From positions 1 through 35,093 of IMG/VR virus record IMGVR_UViG_3300038318_000178: a stretch of DNA of 35,093 nt; one strand, written 5' to 3'. Positions 8,091-17,957 of the stretch are shown here, piece by piece (the first letter of the stretch is position 1; every line of letters begins with the position of its first letter). The notes below the pieces were generated by a model. The model was not told the origin of the DNA and did not search any database. It saw only the letters and a program-made list of their open reading frames with translations. Source of the DNA: a virus (taxonomy: Duplodnaviria; Caudoviricetes). The translations under genes were made by a program, and so were the position numbers.

Positions 8091-10638
8091 AAACATAAAA
8101 GGCATTACAATTGACATCGGCGGCAATGTAGAACCGCTTAATAAAGCTCTTGCAAGCGTGAAATCCGAAAGCCGAAGCATACAACAGGAGTTAAGGGCGG
8201 TAAACACGCTTTTAAAGTTTGACCCCTCCAATTCCGACGCATTGGCACAAAAACAAAAGCTTCTTGCCGAAGCGGCCGACAAAGCAAGGGAAAAACTCAA
8301 CTTTTTAAAACAAGCGCAAGCCGAAATCGAAGCGCAATTCAAAGCGGGAAATATGGGCGAACCCGAATACAGAGCGTTTCGAAATCAATTAACATACGCC
8401 GAAGCAGATGTGCGAAAAGCGGAAAAAGCAATAGATAATTTCGGTAAAGAATGCGAAGACGCCGGGAAAGACGCAAAGGGAGCGGGCGCAGACAGCGAAA
8501 AAGCCGGAAAGAAAGCGAAACAATCCGGCGACGACGCAAAAGACGGCGGGAGCGGATGGGAAAAATTCGGTAGCTTAGCGGCGGGAGCGGGGAAAATAGC
8601 GGTCGGCGCAGTTGCTACGGCTTCGGTTGCCGCAGGGGCTGCAACCGTGAAAATGGTAAAAGAGGTAACCGGGTCTTATGCGGAATATGAACAGCTGGTC
8701 GGCGGCGTAGATACGCTTTTCAAGGACAATTCCTTAAAGCTTCAGGGCTACGCCGATAACGCCTATAAAACGGCGGGCCTTTCGGCTAACGACTACATGG
8801 AAACCGTAACGTCATTTTCTGCAAGCCTTATTTCATCCCTTGGAGGGGATACGGGCAAAGCGGTTGAATACGCCGATATGGCTATTACGGATATGTCCGA
8901 CAATGCCAATAAAATGGGTACGGACATGGCGTCAATACAAAACGCATATCAAGGCTTCGCAAAGCAAAATTACACCATGCTTGACAACTTGAAATTAGGG
9001 TACGGCGGCACAAAAAGTGAAATGGAACGCTTACTTGCCGACGCGCAAGCTATTTCAGGGATTGAATATGATGTATCTTCCTATGCCGATATAGTTTCCG
9101 CAATCCATGTTATACAAGAAGATATGGACATCGCCGGGACAACGGCATTAGAAGCCGAAGAAACGATTTCGGGGTCGCTCAATTCTTTTCAAGGGGCATT
9201 AAAAAACCTTGTAACGGGATTCGGCAACGCCGACGCCGACATGGCGGGACTAACAAAAAACCTTGCAAGTGCATTCCGCGACGTAGTAAAAAATATCGTT
9301 CCGGTGCTGAAAAATATTGTTACAGCCCTACCGGAAGCGATAAACGAAATAATGGCAGCCGTCAGCGAAATATTACCGATACTTCTTGAAACCGTAACGG
9401 AAATATTCGGGCAAGTCTTAGAAGCGTTGTTGAAATTATTGCCCGAACTAATCCCCGTTATAATCGACGCCGTTATGTTAATTGTACAAACAATAGTTAA
9501 CAACCTTCCGTTATTACTCGACGCGGGATTGAAAATAATTATATCGCTTATAAACGGAATTGCACAAGCACTTCCGCGGATTATACAAGCCATCGTGGAC
9601 ATAATCCCGAAGTTAATACAAGCCATCGTGGATAACTTACCACTTATCATTCAAGCGGGAATAACGCTCTTATTATCCCTTACACAAGGGCTTATAGACG
9701 CCATACCGCAGCTTCTTGACGCATTGCCAACCATCATAGAAGCGGTATTAAATGGAATTTTGGAAGCTATCCCGCAGCTAATAGACGCAGGGATACAGCT
9801 TTTTACCTCACTTGTGGAAGCCCTGCCAACGATTATAACAAAAATCGTTGAAGTGTTGCCGCAGATAATTACAAGTATAATAACTACCCTGATGAACAAC
9901 CTTCCCAAACTTATAGAAGCCGGAATTAAGCTATTCTTGGCAATCGTTACGGCAATGCCGACGATTATAATTGAGATTGTAAAATCAATCCCGCAAATCG
10001 TACAGGGTCTTGTAAACGGAATAATTACGTCTATTCCAAAAATGATTGAAGCGGGAAAAAAGCTCTTAACATCGCTTCCGCAAAAACTCCCCGAAATTAT
10101 TTCGCACATAAAAGAGAAGTTGGGCGAAATGTTAAGGAAAACCAGAGAAGCAATAACCGACTTTATCCCGCAAATGGCGAAAGCCGGGAAAGACCTTATC
10201 GAAGGGCTTTGGAACGGGATAAAAGACGCGGGGGCGTGGTTATGGGACAAAATATCGGGCTTCTTTGGCGGCGTAATGGACAAGATAAAAGGATTTTTCG
10301 GTATCAAATCCCCGTCAACATTATTCCGGGACATGATAGGAAAAAACCTTGTCAGAGGAATAGAAGTCGGCGTGGACGTAGAAACGCCAAACCTTCAAGA
10401 TAGCCTTGAAGACAACTTGGGAAGCGTTACGGCGGGCCTTAAATCAACGCTTGCGCTTGAAACCTCAAAAGCAAGCATAAATCCGACCGTATCAGACGGG
10501 GCCGCACATCTTGGCGGTATCAGCTTCAACATAGAAAAATTCGTTAACAATACGGAAAAAGATATGCGGCAGCTTGTCGAAGAAGCAATGGAAGTCGCAG
10601 AGGAATACACAAGACGACGCGGGGGTGTGTTTGCGTGA
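8083..10638 (+). CDS. Tape measure protein
   Basis: 851 aa, N-terminal IKGITIDIGG, amphipathic 11-aa periodic repeats, C-terminal FFGIKSPS motif. Confidence 0.95.
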   Translation: MSKNIKGITIDIGGNVEPLNKALASVKSESRSIQQELRAVNTLLKFDPSNSDALAQKQKLLAEAADKAREKLNFLKQAQAEIEAQFKAGNMGEPEYRAFRNQLTYAEADVRKAEKAIDNFGKECEDAGKDAKGAGADSEKAGKKAKQSGDDAKDGGSGWEKFGSLAAGAGKIAVGAVATASVAAGAATVKMVKEVTGSYAEYEQLVGGVDTLFKDNSLKLQGYADNAYKTAGLSANDYMETVTSFSASLISSLGGDTGKAVEYADMAITDMSDNANKMGTDMASIQNAYQGFAKQNYTMLDNLKLGYGGTKSEMERLLADAQAISGIEYDVSSYADIVSAIHVIQEDMDIAGTTALEAEETISGSLNSFQGALKNLVTGFGNADADMAGLTKNLASAFRDVVKNIVPVLKNIVTALPEAINEIMAAVSEILPILLETVTEIFGQVLEALLKLLPELIPVIIDAVMLIVQTIVNNLPLLLDAGLKIIISLINGIAQALPRIIQAIVDIIPKLIQAIVDNLPLIIQAGITLLLSLTQGLIDAIPQLLDALPTIIEAVLNGILEAIPQLIDAGIQLFTSLVEALPTIITKIVEVLPQIITSIITTLMNNLPKLIEAGIKLFLAIVTAMPTIIIEIVKSIPQIVQGLVNGIITSIPKMIEAGKKLLTSLPQKLPEIISHIKEKLGEMLRKTREAITDFIPQMAKAGKDLIEGLWNGIKDAGAWLWDKISGFFGGVMDKIKGFFGIKSPSTLFRDMIGKNLVRGIEVGVDVETPNLQDSLEDNLGSVTAGLKSTLALETSKASINPTVSDGAAHLGGISFNIEKFVNNTEKDMRQLVEEAMEVAEEYTRRRGGVFA

Positions 10639-11354
10639 ATGTAAATCAGTTTATTTATAACGGGAAGCGGTCATACGATGACATGGATTTAATTATCACG
10701 GAAACGCCCGCCATCGTCGCCCCGGAGCGGGATATATCGTTTACAAGCATACCCGGCAAAAGCGGCGATGTTATAAGCGACAACGGGCGTTATAAAAACA
10801 TTGAAAAAGAATACCGGGTTACGGCCATCGCCGACCCGTTCGATATGCCGCTTTTGGCAAAAAAAATCACCGCATGGCTTCAAAGCGAAGCGGGTTACGG
10901 TTTGCTTTCGGATACATACGACCCGAATTATTTTTACTACGCAAGATATACCGGGAAAATAAGTATTGCCGACAAAATGCGGCTTTTGGGAGCGGCAACG
11001 CTGAAATTTTATTGTAAACCCTTCAAATATTCCTTTGAAGGGCAAAAGGCTTTTAGCATAACGACCGCCGCGACGGTTATAAACCCAGAAGGGTGCGAAG
11101 CCACGCCATACATAAAGATAACCGGGAGCGGGGACATTACGCTTTCAATAAACAACGCTTCGTTTGCGTTTGTAGGCGTTGACGAATATATCGAAGTAGA
11201 TAGCGAAATGATGATAGCGTTTAAGGGAACGGCTCTACAAAACAATAAAACTTTGTTTACGGACTTCCCGAAGCTATCACCCGGAACGAATAATATATCA
11301 TGGACGGGCGCGGTCGCGTCCGTTGAGATTGTGCCGAGGTGGTGCGCGTTATGA
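10635..11354 (+). CDS. Distal tail protein (Dit)
   Basis: Follows the TMP. IPGKSGD, FYCKPFKY and FPKLSPGTNNISW motifs. Confidence 0.88.
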   Translation: MNVNQFIYNGKRSYDDMDLIITETPAIVAPERDISFTSIPGKSGDVISDNGRYKNIEKEYRVTAIADPFDMPLLAKKITAWLQSEAGYGLLSDTYDPNYFYYARYTGKISIADKMRLLGAATLKFYCKPFKYSFEGQKAFSITTAATVINPEGCEATPYIKITGSGDITLSINNASFAFVGVDEYIEVDSEMMIAFKGTALQNNKTLFTDFPKLSPGTNNISWTGAVASVEIVPRWCAL

Positions 11355-13693
11355 TACCTATTCTTTACACATCAACCGAAAGCAACTTTTTACATAACGG
11401 TATCGGCGCCCTTGCCGACGCTCTTTCCTGCAAAGTTACAGAAGCAAGAAACGGAGCATTCGAAGCGGAATTTACTTACCCCATCGAAGGGCGGCTATAC
11501 CCGTATATCGCCGAGGATTGCATTATAAAAGCAAAGCCGAACGACACATCGGCCCCACAACTTTTTAGAATATACAAATCGTCAAAGCCGACGGACGGCG
11601 TTGTCACTTATTACGCCGAACATATATCCTACACATTGAACGGAAACCCGGTTGAAGAAATATCAATAAAGAACGCAAACGCACAAACGGCCTTATCGAA
11701 TATTCTTGCCGCCGGCCTATACGAACACCCCTTCACGGCTCAAAGCGACATAGACACATTGAATTCAACATCAATTTCGCTTGCCACCATCCGGTCGGCT
11801 CTTGGCGGCATTCAAGGTTCAATGCTTGATGTGTGGGGCGGCGAATATGAATTCGACAACTTTGTTATAAAGCTGCACCGCGCAAGGGGGCTTGACGCAG
11901 GGGTGAAAATTGCTTACGGAAAGAACCTTACCAGTATAAAGCAAGAAAAGAGCATATCGGAAGTTTATACGGCTGTATATCCTTATGCCAAATACACGCC
12001 GACCGACGAAGACGGGCAAGCCGAACAGCCGGAAGAAATAACGGTTACGCTTTCCGAAAAGGTTCTTTATAGCCCATATGTAAACAATTACGCCCGCGTT
12101 CGGGTTCTCATGAAGGACTTTACGGAGGTTTTCGGCGAAGGCGAAGAAATAACCGAAGCGGCCTTGCGGGCAAAAGCGACTTCATGGGTAAATAACAGCG
12201 GGTTCGATATTCCTTCCGTTAACATAGCCGTATCGTTTAAGCACCTTTGGCAATCGCCCGAATATGAAAAGTATGCGCCCTTGGAGCGGGTCGGGCTTTG
12301 TGACACGGTGACGGTTGTTTTTGATAAGTTAGGCATACAAGCGACCGCAAAGGTTATCAAAACGGTATATGACGCGCTGAAAGAACAGTACGAAACTATA
12401 GAAATCGGGAACGCAAGGTCAAACTTCGCCGACACCATAAACGAGCAAACAAACACTATCGAGGGCGTAAAGCATGAAATTAAAAAGCAATCCACGGCGG
12501 CAAATGTCAAGCTTGCGGAAGCTATCGCACGGGCAACAGCAGCAATAACCGGGCAAAGCGGCGGTTATGTGGTGCTTAACCCGTCAAACAACCCGCAAGA
12601 AATTTTAATTATGGACGAACCGACAATCGAAGACACGGTTAATATATGGCGTTGGAATTCGGGAGGTCTTGGGCATAGCAATAGCGGCTATAACGGGCCT
12701 TACGAATTGGCGATAACAAACGACGGCGTAATCGTCGCCGACTTCATAACCGCCGGGACACTCAAAGGCGAATTGTTGGAAGCGGGCAGTGTCCGAACGA
12801 ACGCTATTTCGCAGGGGTACAAAACAGAAGTCACGGACGAAATAACAGGGGCAAAAAACGAAGTCGAACAAGCTTTCGTTGCCGCCGACGACCAATTACG
12901 AAGCTTTATTCAAAATGTATCCGAAACCCTTTCGGGGGACATCAGCCAAACAGAAACGCAAATTTCAGAGCTTTTACAGACGGTCGAAAATCTTTCGCTA
13001 TCGTTCACAAATCAATATACGGGCGGTATAAACTGCATTTCGAATTCTTCCGGCCTGAACGGCGTTTCCTCTGATTGGCACTATACCGGAACGGTTCAAA
13101 CATTACAAAACACGGATACGAAGAACAACACTCTTTCGTCCTCTTGCTTTTGGGTGGGAGCGGGTACGCTTTCGCAGGAAGTCGCCACGATAGCGGGTTC
13201 AACATACACGCTTACCTTCAAAATGAAAAAATCAGCCGTTCGCGGTACGGTTAAAATTATTGTCGGAGGAAGCGAAATTGAGGTTGTGAACACCGCAGAC
13301 GCCGAAGAATGGACGGAACATACAACAACCTTCATTGTCCCGTCGAACGCTTTAACGGTGGAAATATATTCGTATGCGGACTATCTATACATCGCGGACA
13401 TTATGTTGACGGAAGGAAGCGCAAAGCAGCGATGGACGCCCGCGCCAAATGAAATATATACAACCGATGTTAAAATCGACCGCCGCGGTATACACATAAC
13501 AAATACGGAAAGCGAAACAAGCACAATTATTAACAATGTGGAATTTGCAGTTTTGCATAAAGAAACAAAGGTTATCACGGTAAACAAAGATACGACCATT
13601 CTTAAAAAGACGGTTGTTGAAGACGAATTAACCGTCGGAAAATTAAAAATCGTTCCCGTTGCGGGCGGCGTGGACGAAATATTATTGGATTAA
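11351..13693 (+). CDS. Tal/baseplate hub (prophage endopeptidase-tail family) with a possible carbohydrate-binding-like domain
   Basis: Start reassigned to ATG 11351. WGGEYEFDNF, YGKNL, LCDTVTV, IWRWNSGGLG, ADFITAG; beta-sandwich region near the C-terminus. Confidence 0.85.
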   Translation: MIPILYTSTESNFLHNGIGALADALSCKVTEARNGAFEAEFTYPIEGRLYPYIAEDCIIKAKPNDTSAPQLFRIYKSSKPTDGVVTYYAEHISYTLNGNPVEEISIKNANAQTALSNILAAGLYEHPFTAQSDIDTLNSTSISLATIRSALGGIQGSMLDVWGGEYEFDNFVIKLHRARGLDAGVKIAYGKNLTSIKQEKSISEVYTAVYPYAKYTPTDEDGQAEQPEEITVTLSEKVLYSPYVNNYARVRVLMKDFTEVFGEGEEITEAALRAKATSWVNNSGFDIPSVNIAVSFKHLWQSPEYEKYAPLERVGLCDTVTVVFDKLGIQATAKVIKTVYDALKEQYETIEIGNARSNFADTINEQTNTIEGVKHEIKKQSTAANVKLAEAIARATAAITGQSGGYVVLNPSNNPQEILIMDEPTIEDTVNIWRWNSGGLGHSNSGYNGPYELAITNDGVIVADFITAGTLKGELLEAGSVRTNAISQGYKTEVTDEITGAKNEVEQAFVAADDQLRSFIQNVSETLSGDISQTETQISELLQTVENLSLSFTNQYTGGINCISNSSGLNGVSSDWHYTGTVQTLQNTDTKNNTLSSSCFWVGAGTLSQEVATIAGSTYTLTFKMKKSAVRGTVKIIVGGSEIEVVNTADAEEWTEHTTTFIVPSNALTVEIYSYADYLYIADIMLTEGSAKQRWTPAPNEIYTTDVKIDRRGIHITNTESETSTIINNVEFAVLHKETKVITVNKDTTILKKTVVEDELTVGKLKIVPVAGGVDEILLD

Positions 13694-13708
13694 GCGGAGG
13701 TGTGAAAA

Positions 13709-15682
13709 ATGCCGACATGGAATAGTGGTTCGTACGACGGACGATATTTACAACTGTATATATCTGAAACAATAAACACCATAAACAATACTTCAACGCT
13801 TAATTGGAAGCTATCATCCATCGGCGGCAATGTGAACTATTACACCATCGACACAACCACGGTAACGATAAACGGGACGCAAGTATATTACAAAGACCGG
13901 ACATTATGGGATACGAAGGCATTCCCCGCGGCGAAAGGTAGCGTGTCGGGTTCAATCACGGTTGCGCACAACCCCGGCGGCGACAAAACTATCGCCATCG
14001 GCTTTTCGACAAGAGTATATTATTATTCGACGATAGAGTACGGCGGGAATATGACACTTATAAACATTGACCGCACCGCGCCGACGGTAAATATTAGCAC
14101 TTCGAGCATAACCGCAACTTCGGTTTATGTTTCGGCTTCGGCTTCCACGACGTGCGACTTATGGCAATACAGCAAAGACGGCGGGAGCAGTTGGACGCAA
14201 TATTCTACTTCAAGCACGACAAGCGCGGGAACGACAATAACCGGACTATCGCCGAATACATCTTATACGATATTGGTTCGCGCCCGAAAGAAAACAAACC
14301 GAGTATACGGAACATCGGGTAGCAGAACGGCAAAAACGCTTGGGCCGGCCGTATTGAACAGCGTATCAACTGTCACAGCAGACAACGCTACCGCGACAAT
14401 AACGTTTAATTGGACAGTGTATTCAACTTCTTTCAATTATGAACTTGCGGTAAAAAACGGCTCTACAACAATTACAACGATTTCAATTCCGGCGCAAACA
14501 TCGACCGGAACGTCAAACAAGACGGTAACGCTTACCACCGCGCAGCGGTCGGCGATACTTGCGGCCATGGCTTCCACTCCCTCTTTTACGGGGACATTCG
14601 CATTAACAACATACAGCGGCGGCGCACAAATCGGCAGCACATCGAGCAAAACGGCAACGATACGAACGACCGCCGCCAACAGTGCGCCGACATTCTCAAA
14701 TTCGGCAGGGTTTACATATCAAGACGTTAACGCGATAACCGCCGCCATAACAGGAAACAACCAACTTTTTATACAGGGATATTCAAGTCTTAGGGCGACG
14801 GCATATTCGGCAATCGCGAAAAACGGCGCAACAATAACGCAGTACGAAGCGACCATAAGCGGAACGACGGTAACGTCGAGCGGGACAACATTAAATATCG
14901 GCATTGTGAATTCCGAAAAAAATGCTGTGCTTACCGTAAAAGCAATCGACAGCCGGGGTTATCCCGTTCAGGTTCAAAAGACAATAACGGTTATCGCCTA
15001 TAAAGGCATTGAGATTACAGACATCACAATGCGGCGCATGAATGAGGTAGAAGCAACAACACAAGTAACGATAGACGCCGATATTTCAAAAATTCTTGTT
15101 TCGTCGGTGAACAAAAATGCTTTCCAATCCTTGAAATACCGATACAAAAAAACAAGCGACGCTTCATACGGAAGTTATGTAACGATTACAGACGGAGCGG
15201 TGGCGACAGATACAAACATCACATACGACAATAACGAATTTGTGTCGCTTGACCCGGACTATTCTTATAACGTTCAGTTTTACATAGAAGACAAATTAAC
15301 ATCAAACATACTAACGGTAACAATCCCGCAAGGAACGCCGCTTATATCCAAACGGCGAAAGAGGGTTGGCATAAATAATCGCAATCCGCAATCCGCGCTT
15401 GATGTAGTGGGCGAAATAATGATGAACGGTTATAACGTTCAAGGCGTTATTGGAACGATAGAAACGGGAGCGGATTTCAACACCATAAAAAGCCCCGGAA
15501 TCTATTTTTTCACAAACAGCGGTTCGTATCCGAACAAGCCGGGCGCGGCGGGCATTCTTGAAGTAATAGTTGGCGGCGATAATGTGATACAACGGTTTAC
15601 AGAAATATCGAGCGGGTGCGCTCTGTATGTTCGTTCCTATATAGCTTCATCGTCAACATGGACTTCGTGGACTACAAAATAA
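13709..15682 (+). CDS. Minor tail/baseplate structural protein (DUF859-like, FN3 repeat, C-terminal knob-like domain)
   Basis: Thr/Ser-rich, with FN3-like ITGLSPNTSYTILVRA and C-terminal DFNTIKSPGIY...WTSW. Confidence 0.7.
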   Translation: MPTWNSGSYDGRYLQLYISETINTINNTSTLNWKLSSIGGNVNYYTIDTTTVTINGTQVYYKDRTLWDTKAFPAAKGSVSGSITVAHNPGGDKTIAIGFSTRVYYYSTIEYGGNMTLINIDRTAPTVNISTSSITATSVYVSASASTTCDLWQYSKDGGSSWTQYSTSSTTSAGTTITGLSPNTSYTILVRARKKTNRVYGTSGSRTAKTLGPAVLNSVSTVTADNATATITFNWTVYSTSFNYELAVKNGSTTITTISIPAQTSTGTSNKTVTLTTAQRSAILAAMASTPSFTGTFALTTYSGGAQIGSTSSKTATIRTTAANSAPTFSNSAGFTYQDVNAITAAITGNNQLFIQGYSSLRATAYSAIAKNGATITQYEATISGTTVTSSGTTLNIGIVNSEKNAVLTVKAIDSRGYPVQVQKTITVIAYKGIEITDITMRRMNEVEATTQVTIDADISKILVSSVNKNAFQSLKYRYKKTSDASYGSYVTITDGAVATDTNITYDNNEFVSLDPDYSYNVQFYIEDKLTSNILTVTIPQGTPLISKRRKRVGINNRNPQSALDVVGEIMMNGYNVQGVIGTIETGADFNTIKSPGIYFFTNSGSYPNKPGAAGILEVIVGGDNVIQRFTEISSGCALYVRSYIASSSTWTSWTTK

Positions 15683-15702
15683 TTTAAGGAGGACTAATAA
15701 AA

Positions 15703-17682
15703 ATGGAGTATGTCAAGGAAATTACGGTAGACTTGTCCGGCGAAATGTACTTTAACTACATTACAGCCGTACAGGGCGACGCAAATTCACGCTATGTTAA
15801 AATTACGCTTTTAGCGAACAATCAGCCGTACACGCCGCCGGAGGGCGTAACGGCGGTTCTTCGGTGCAGGAAGCCGGACGGAACGAGCGTTTTCAATGAA
15901 GCGGAAGTCGTAGACGGAAGCGTTATTGCGGAGCTTACGGAACAAATGTTAGCCGCAGTTGGGAATTGCCGTTGCGAAGTTACGCTTTACGGTTCGGACG
16001 AAAGCGCGTTGACGACCGTTCCTTTTGTCGTTAAAGTCACAGCGGCAGCGGTAGACCCCGACATTACAAGCGCAGATGAATTTACAGCACTTACAAACGC
16101 CCTTTCGCGCGTGAATGAAGTAGACGACGTTGCAAATTCTGCACTTGAAACAGCGACGGAAGCTTTAAATAAAATGTCGGAAGTCGAAGAAAATATCGAC
16201 GAACACACATCAGCCGCCGACGCGGCAACCACAAGAGCGAACACGGCAGCCACGCAAGCCGAAGCGGTCGTCGAACAAGCTTCGCAGCTTGTAACGCGAT
16301 ACGGTGTTCGTTTTGGCGGTTCAGCAAACACGGGCGCGACGGTTTCACGCTTATATAACGCCGTCGGTCTTGTTGCGGGGGTTGGAACAGAAGCGGAAAC
16401 CGCAACGAATAATTTCGATAGTATTTACCCTTGGAACGCCCGCCGCCGTTGTTGCGGAACATTCGACGCGGTCGGTAACTTTGTTATCAACGCTTATCAA
16501 GACGAACCGGGATATGCGACGGACGGGTCGAACGGCGAAGTATGGGTGGAACATTCCTTATTCTTCTACAAACACACATACGACGGCGACGCCGAAGAAA
16601 TCACAATTTCGGCGACACAGCTTGCGGGGTTCTTCCCCGCCCCTATCTTTGTTAATGCCGACGGAACATTGCGGCAAAAGGCATATACGGCGGCGTACCC
16701 CATGGCAACGGTAGACGGAAAGGCCACGTCAAGAAGCGGCGTATTTTCCGATATATGTTCGTTAAATACCGCAATGACGACCGCCCGAACACTTGGCGAC
16801 GATTACACAGTAACAACGACCGCCGAATGGTATACCGAATGTCTTTATATGTGGGTGGAGTTTGCAACGCGAAATCTTCAAAGCGTTATGGCGTCGCCTT
16901 CGGGTATGCCGTACACCGCGACAGATACGGCGACGGTCGCAGAAAGCGGCGTAAACCGGATTATTGTTACGAATGCGGTTGCCGCTAAATTCGTAACCGG
17001 ACAAACAATCCTTATCGGAACATCGCTTGGGAGCGGCAATATAGCAAACAACCGGATTTTAACAGCAATCGAAGAATACGACACCGACAACAAAGCGTTA
17101 TTATTCGACGGCGAACCCGTTAATATCGCCGTCGGGAATGTAGTATGTTCGGCGGCGTGGATAAATGGAGCTTGCGACACCGTGCTTTCGACTTCCGGTT
17201 CGCTTGCATCTAACGTGAGCGGGAAGCACCCTTGCATATACAGGGGAAAAGAAACGCCATACGGAAACGCCTTTGAATGGATTTCGGACGTTCTTTTCAA
17301 ACGAGAGGGAGCGGGAACGACCGAAGACCCGTACACATACGAAATTTATTTCCTTGCCGACCCGACAAAATACGCAACCGGAGCTATCACGGCAGATTAC
17401 ACAAAGCTAATTTTTAACCTTCCGCAAGCGGACGGATATGTAACAAAGCTTGGAATCGACAGTCGATTTCCATTTTTGCGCATTCCTTCGCAAATTGGAG
17501 GGGCGACAACGACATATTATTCGGATTACTATTACTATCCGCGAAACGCAGTATGCGCGGCGACTGTCGGCGGCGATTGGGACTATGGGGCTGCTGCCGG
17601 GCCGTGTTGCTGGAGTTGCGCCCACGCGCCTTCGTATTCGAATGTCTATCGTCGCGCCCGCCTTTCTTTCCACCGTTCATAA
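15703..17682 (+). CDS. Receptor-binding protein: BppU-like N-terminus, coiled coil, C-terminal C-type-lectin-like domain; DGR target
   Basis: N-terminal AVQGDANSRYVKITL...KPDGT. YRGKETPYGNAFEWI and GGDW motifs resemble CLec/FGE-type DGR targets. VR at the 3' end. Confidence 0.88.
   Translation: MEYVKEITVDLSGEMYFNYITAVQGDANSRYVKITLLANNQPYTPPEGVTAVLRCRKPDGTSVFNEAEVVDGSVIAELTEQMLAAVGNCRCEVTLYGSDESALTTVPFVVKVTAAAVDPDITSADEFTALTNALSRVNEVDDVANSALETATEALNKMSEVEENIDEHTSAADAATTRANTAATQAEAVVEQASQLVTRYGVRFGGSANTGATVSRLYNAVGLVAGVGTEAETATNNFDSIYPWNARRRCCGTFDAVGNFVINAYQDEPGYATDGSNGEVWVEHSLFFYKHTYDGDAEEITISATQLAGFFPAPIFVNADGTLRQKAYTAAYPMATVDGKATSRSGVFSDICSLNTAMTTARTLGDDYTVTTTAEWYTECLYMWVEFATRNLQSVMASPSGMPYTATDTATVAESGVNRIIVTNAVAAKFVTGQTILIGTSLGSGNIANNRILTAIEEYDTDNKALLFDGEPVNIAVGNVVCSAAWINGACDTVLSTSGSLASNVSGKHPCIYRGKETPYGNAFEWISDVLFKREGAGTTEDPYTYEIYFLADPTKYATGAITADYTKLIFNLPQADGYVTKLGIDSRFPFLRIPSQIGGATTTYYSDYYYYPRNAVCAATVGGDWDYGAAAGPCCWSCAHAPSYSNVYRRARLSFHRS
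17554..17668 (+). repeat. DGR variable region (VR) including the putative IMH end
   Basis: Aligns without gaps to 17729-17843 (offset 175). All 16 mismatches are opposite A in the TR. Confidence 0.96.
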
Positions 17683-17691
17683 CGGGGGTTT

Positions 17692-17708
17692 GGGGGCGGT
17701 CAGCCCCC
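17692..17708 (+). promoter_or_regulatory. GC-rich hairpin/cruciform downstream of VR (retrohoming cis element)
   Basis: GGGGGC-GGTCA-GCCCCC about 10 bp after the target stop codon, analogous in position to the post-IMH hairpin of the BPP-1 DGR. Confidence 0.75.
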
Positions 17709-17710
17709 CG

Positions 17711-17950
17711 GAGGGGTATAACGTGCGGAGCGCGGCGAATGTCGGCGGCAATTGGAACAATGGGGCTAATGCCGGGCCGTGTTACTGGAATTGCAACAAC
17801 ACGCCTTCGAATTCGAATGTCAATCGTCGCGCCCGCCATTCTTAAAAAACAAAGAAATTCTTGCGCGTTATATTCCTTGCCGCTTGGCAAAAATTCGTCG
17901 CTACGGTTGGGGTTAGTAAATAATTGAAAGCCCTAAAGACTTTAAGAAAG
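17711..17950 (+). ncRNA. Putative DGR template RNA (TR plus structured 3' spacer); boundaries approximate
   Basis: Hairpin TTGCC-GCTT-GGCAA (17877-17890) and long-range pair TTCTTAAA (17839-17846)/TTTAAGAA (17941-17948). Confidence 0.6.
17729..17843 (+). repeat. DGR template region (TR)
   Basis: AAY-rich copy of the VR (11 AAY codons, 26 adenines), intergenic, upstream of the RT. Confidence 0.96.
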
Positions 17951-17957
17951 AAGATAT

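Noticed and set aside
9583-9632. 17-bp direct repeat ATACAAGCCATCGTGGA at 33-bp spacing
   Set aside because: Explained by the ordinary 11-aa periodicity of the tape measure protein.
17450-17845. 131-aa ORF spanning VR and TR as a possible accessory (Avd) gene
   Set aside because: It overlaps the target out of frame, and its C-terminus is simply the TR read in the VR frame (Asn-rich). It has no RBS and no helical-bundle character.
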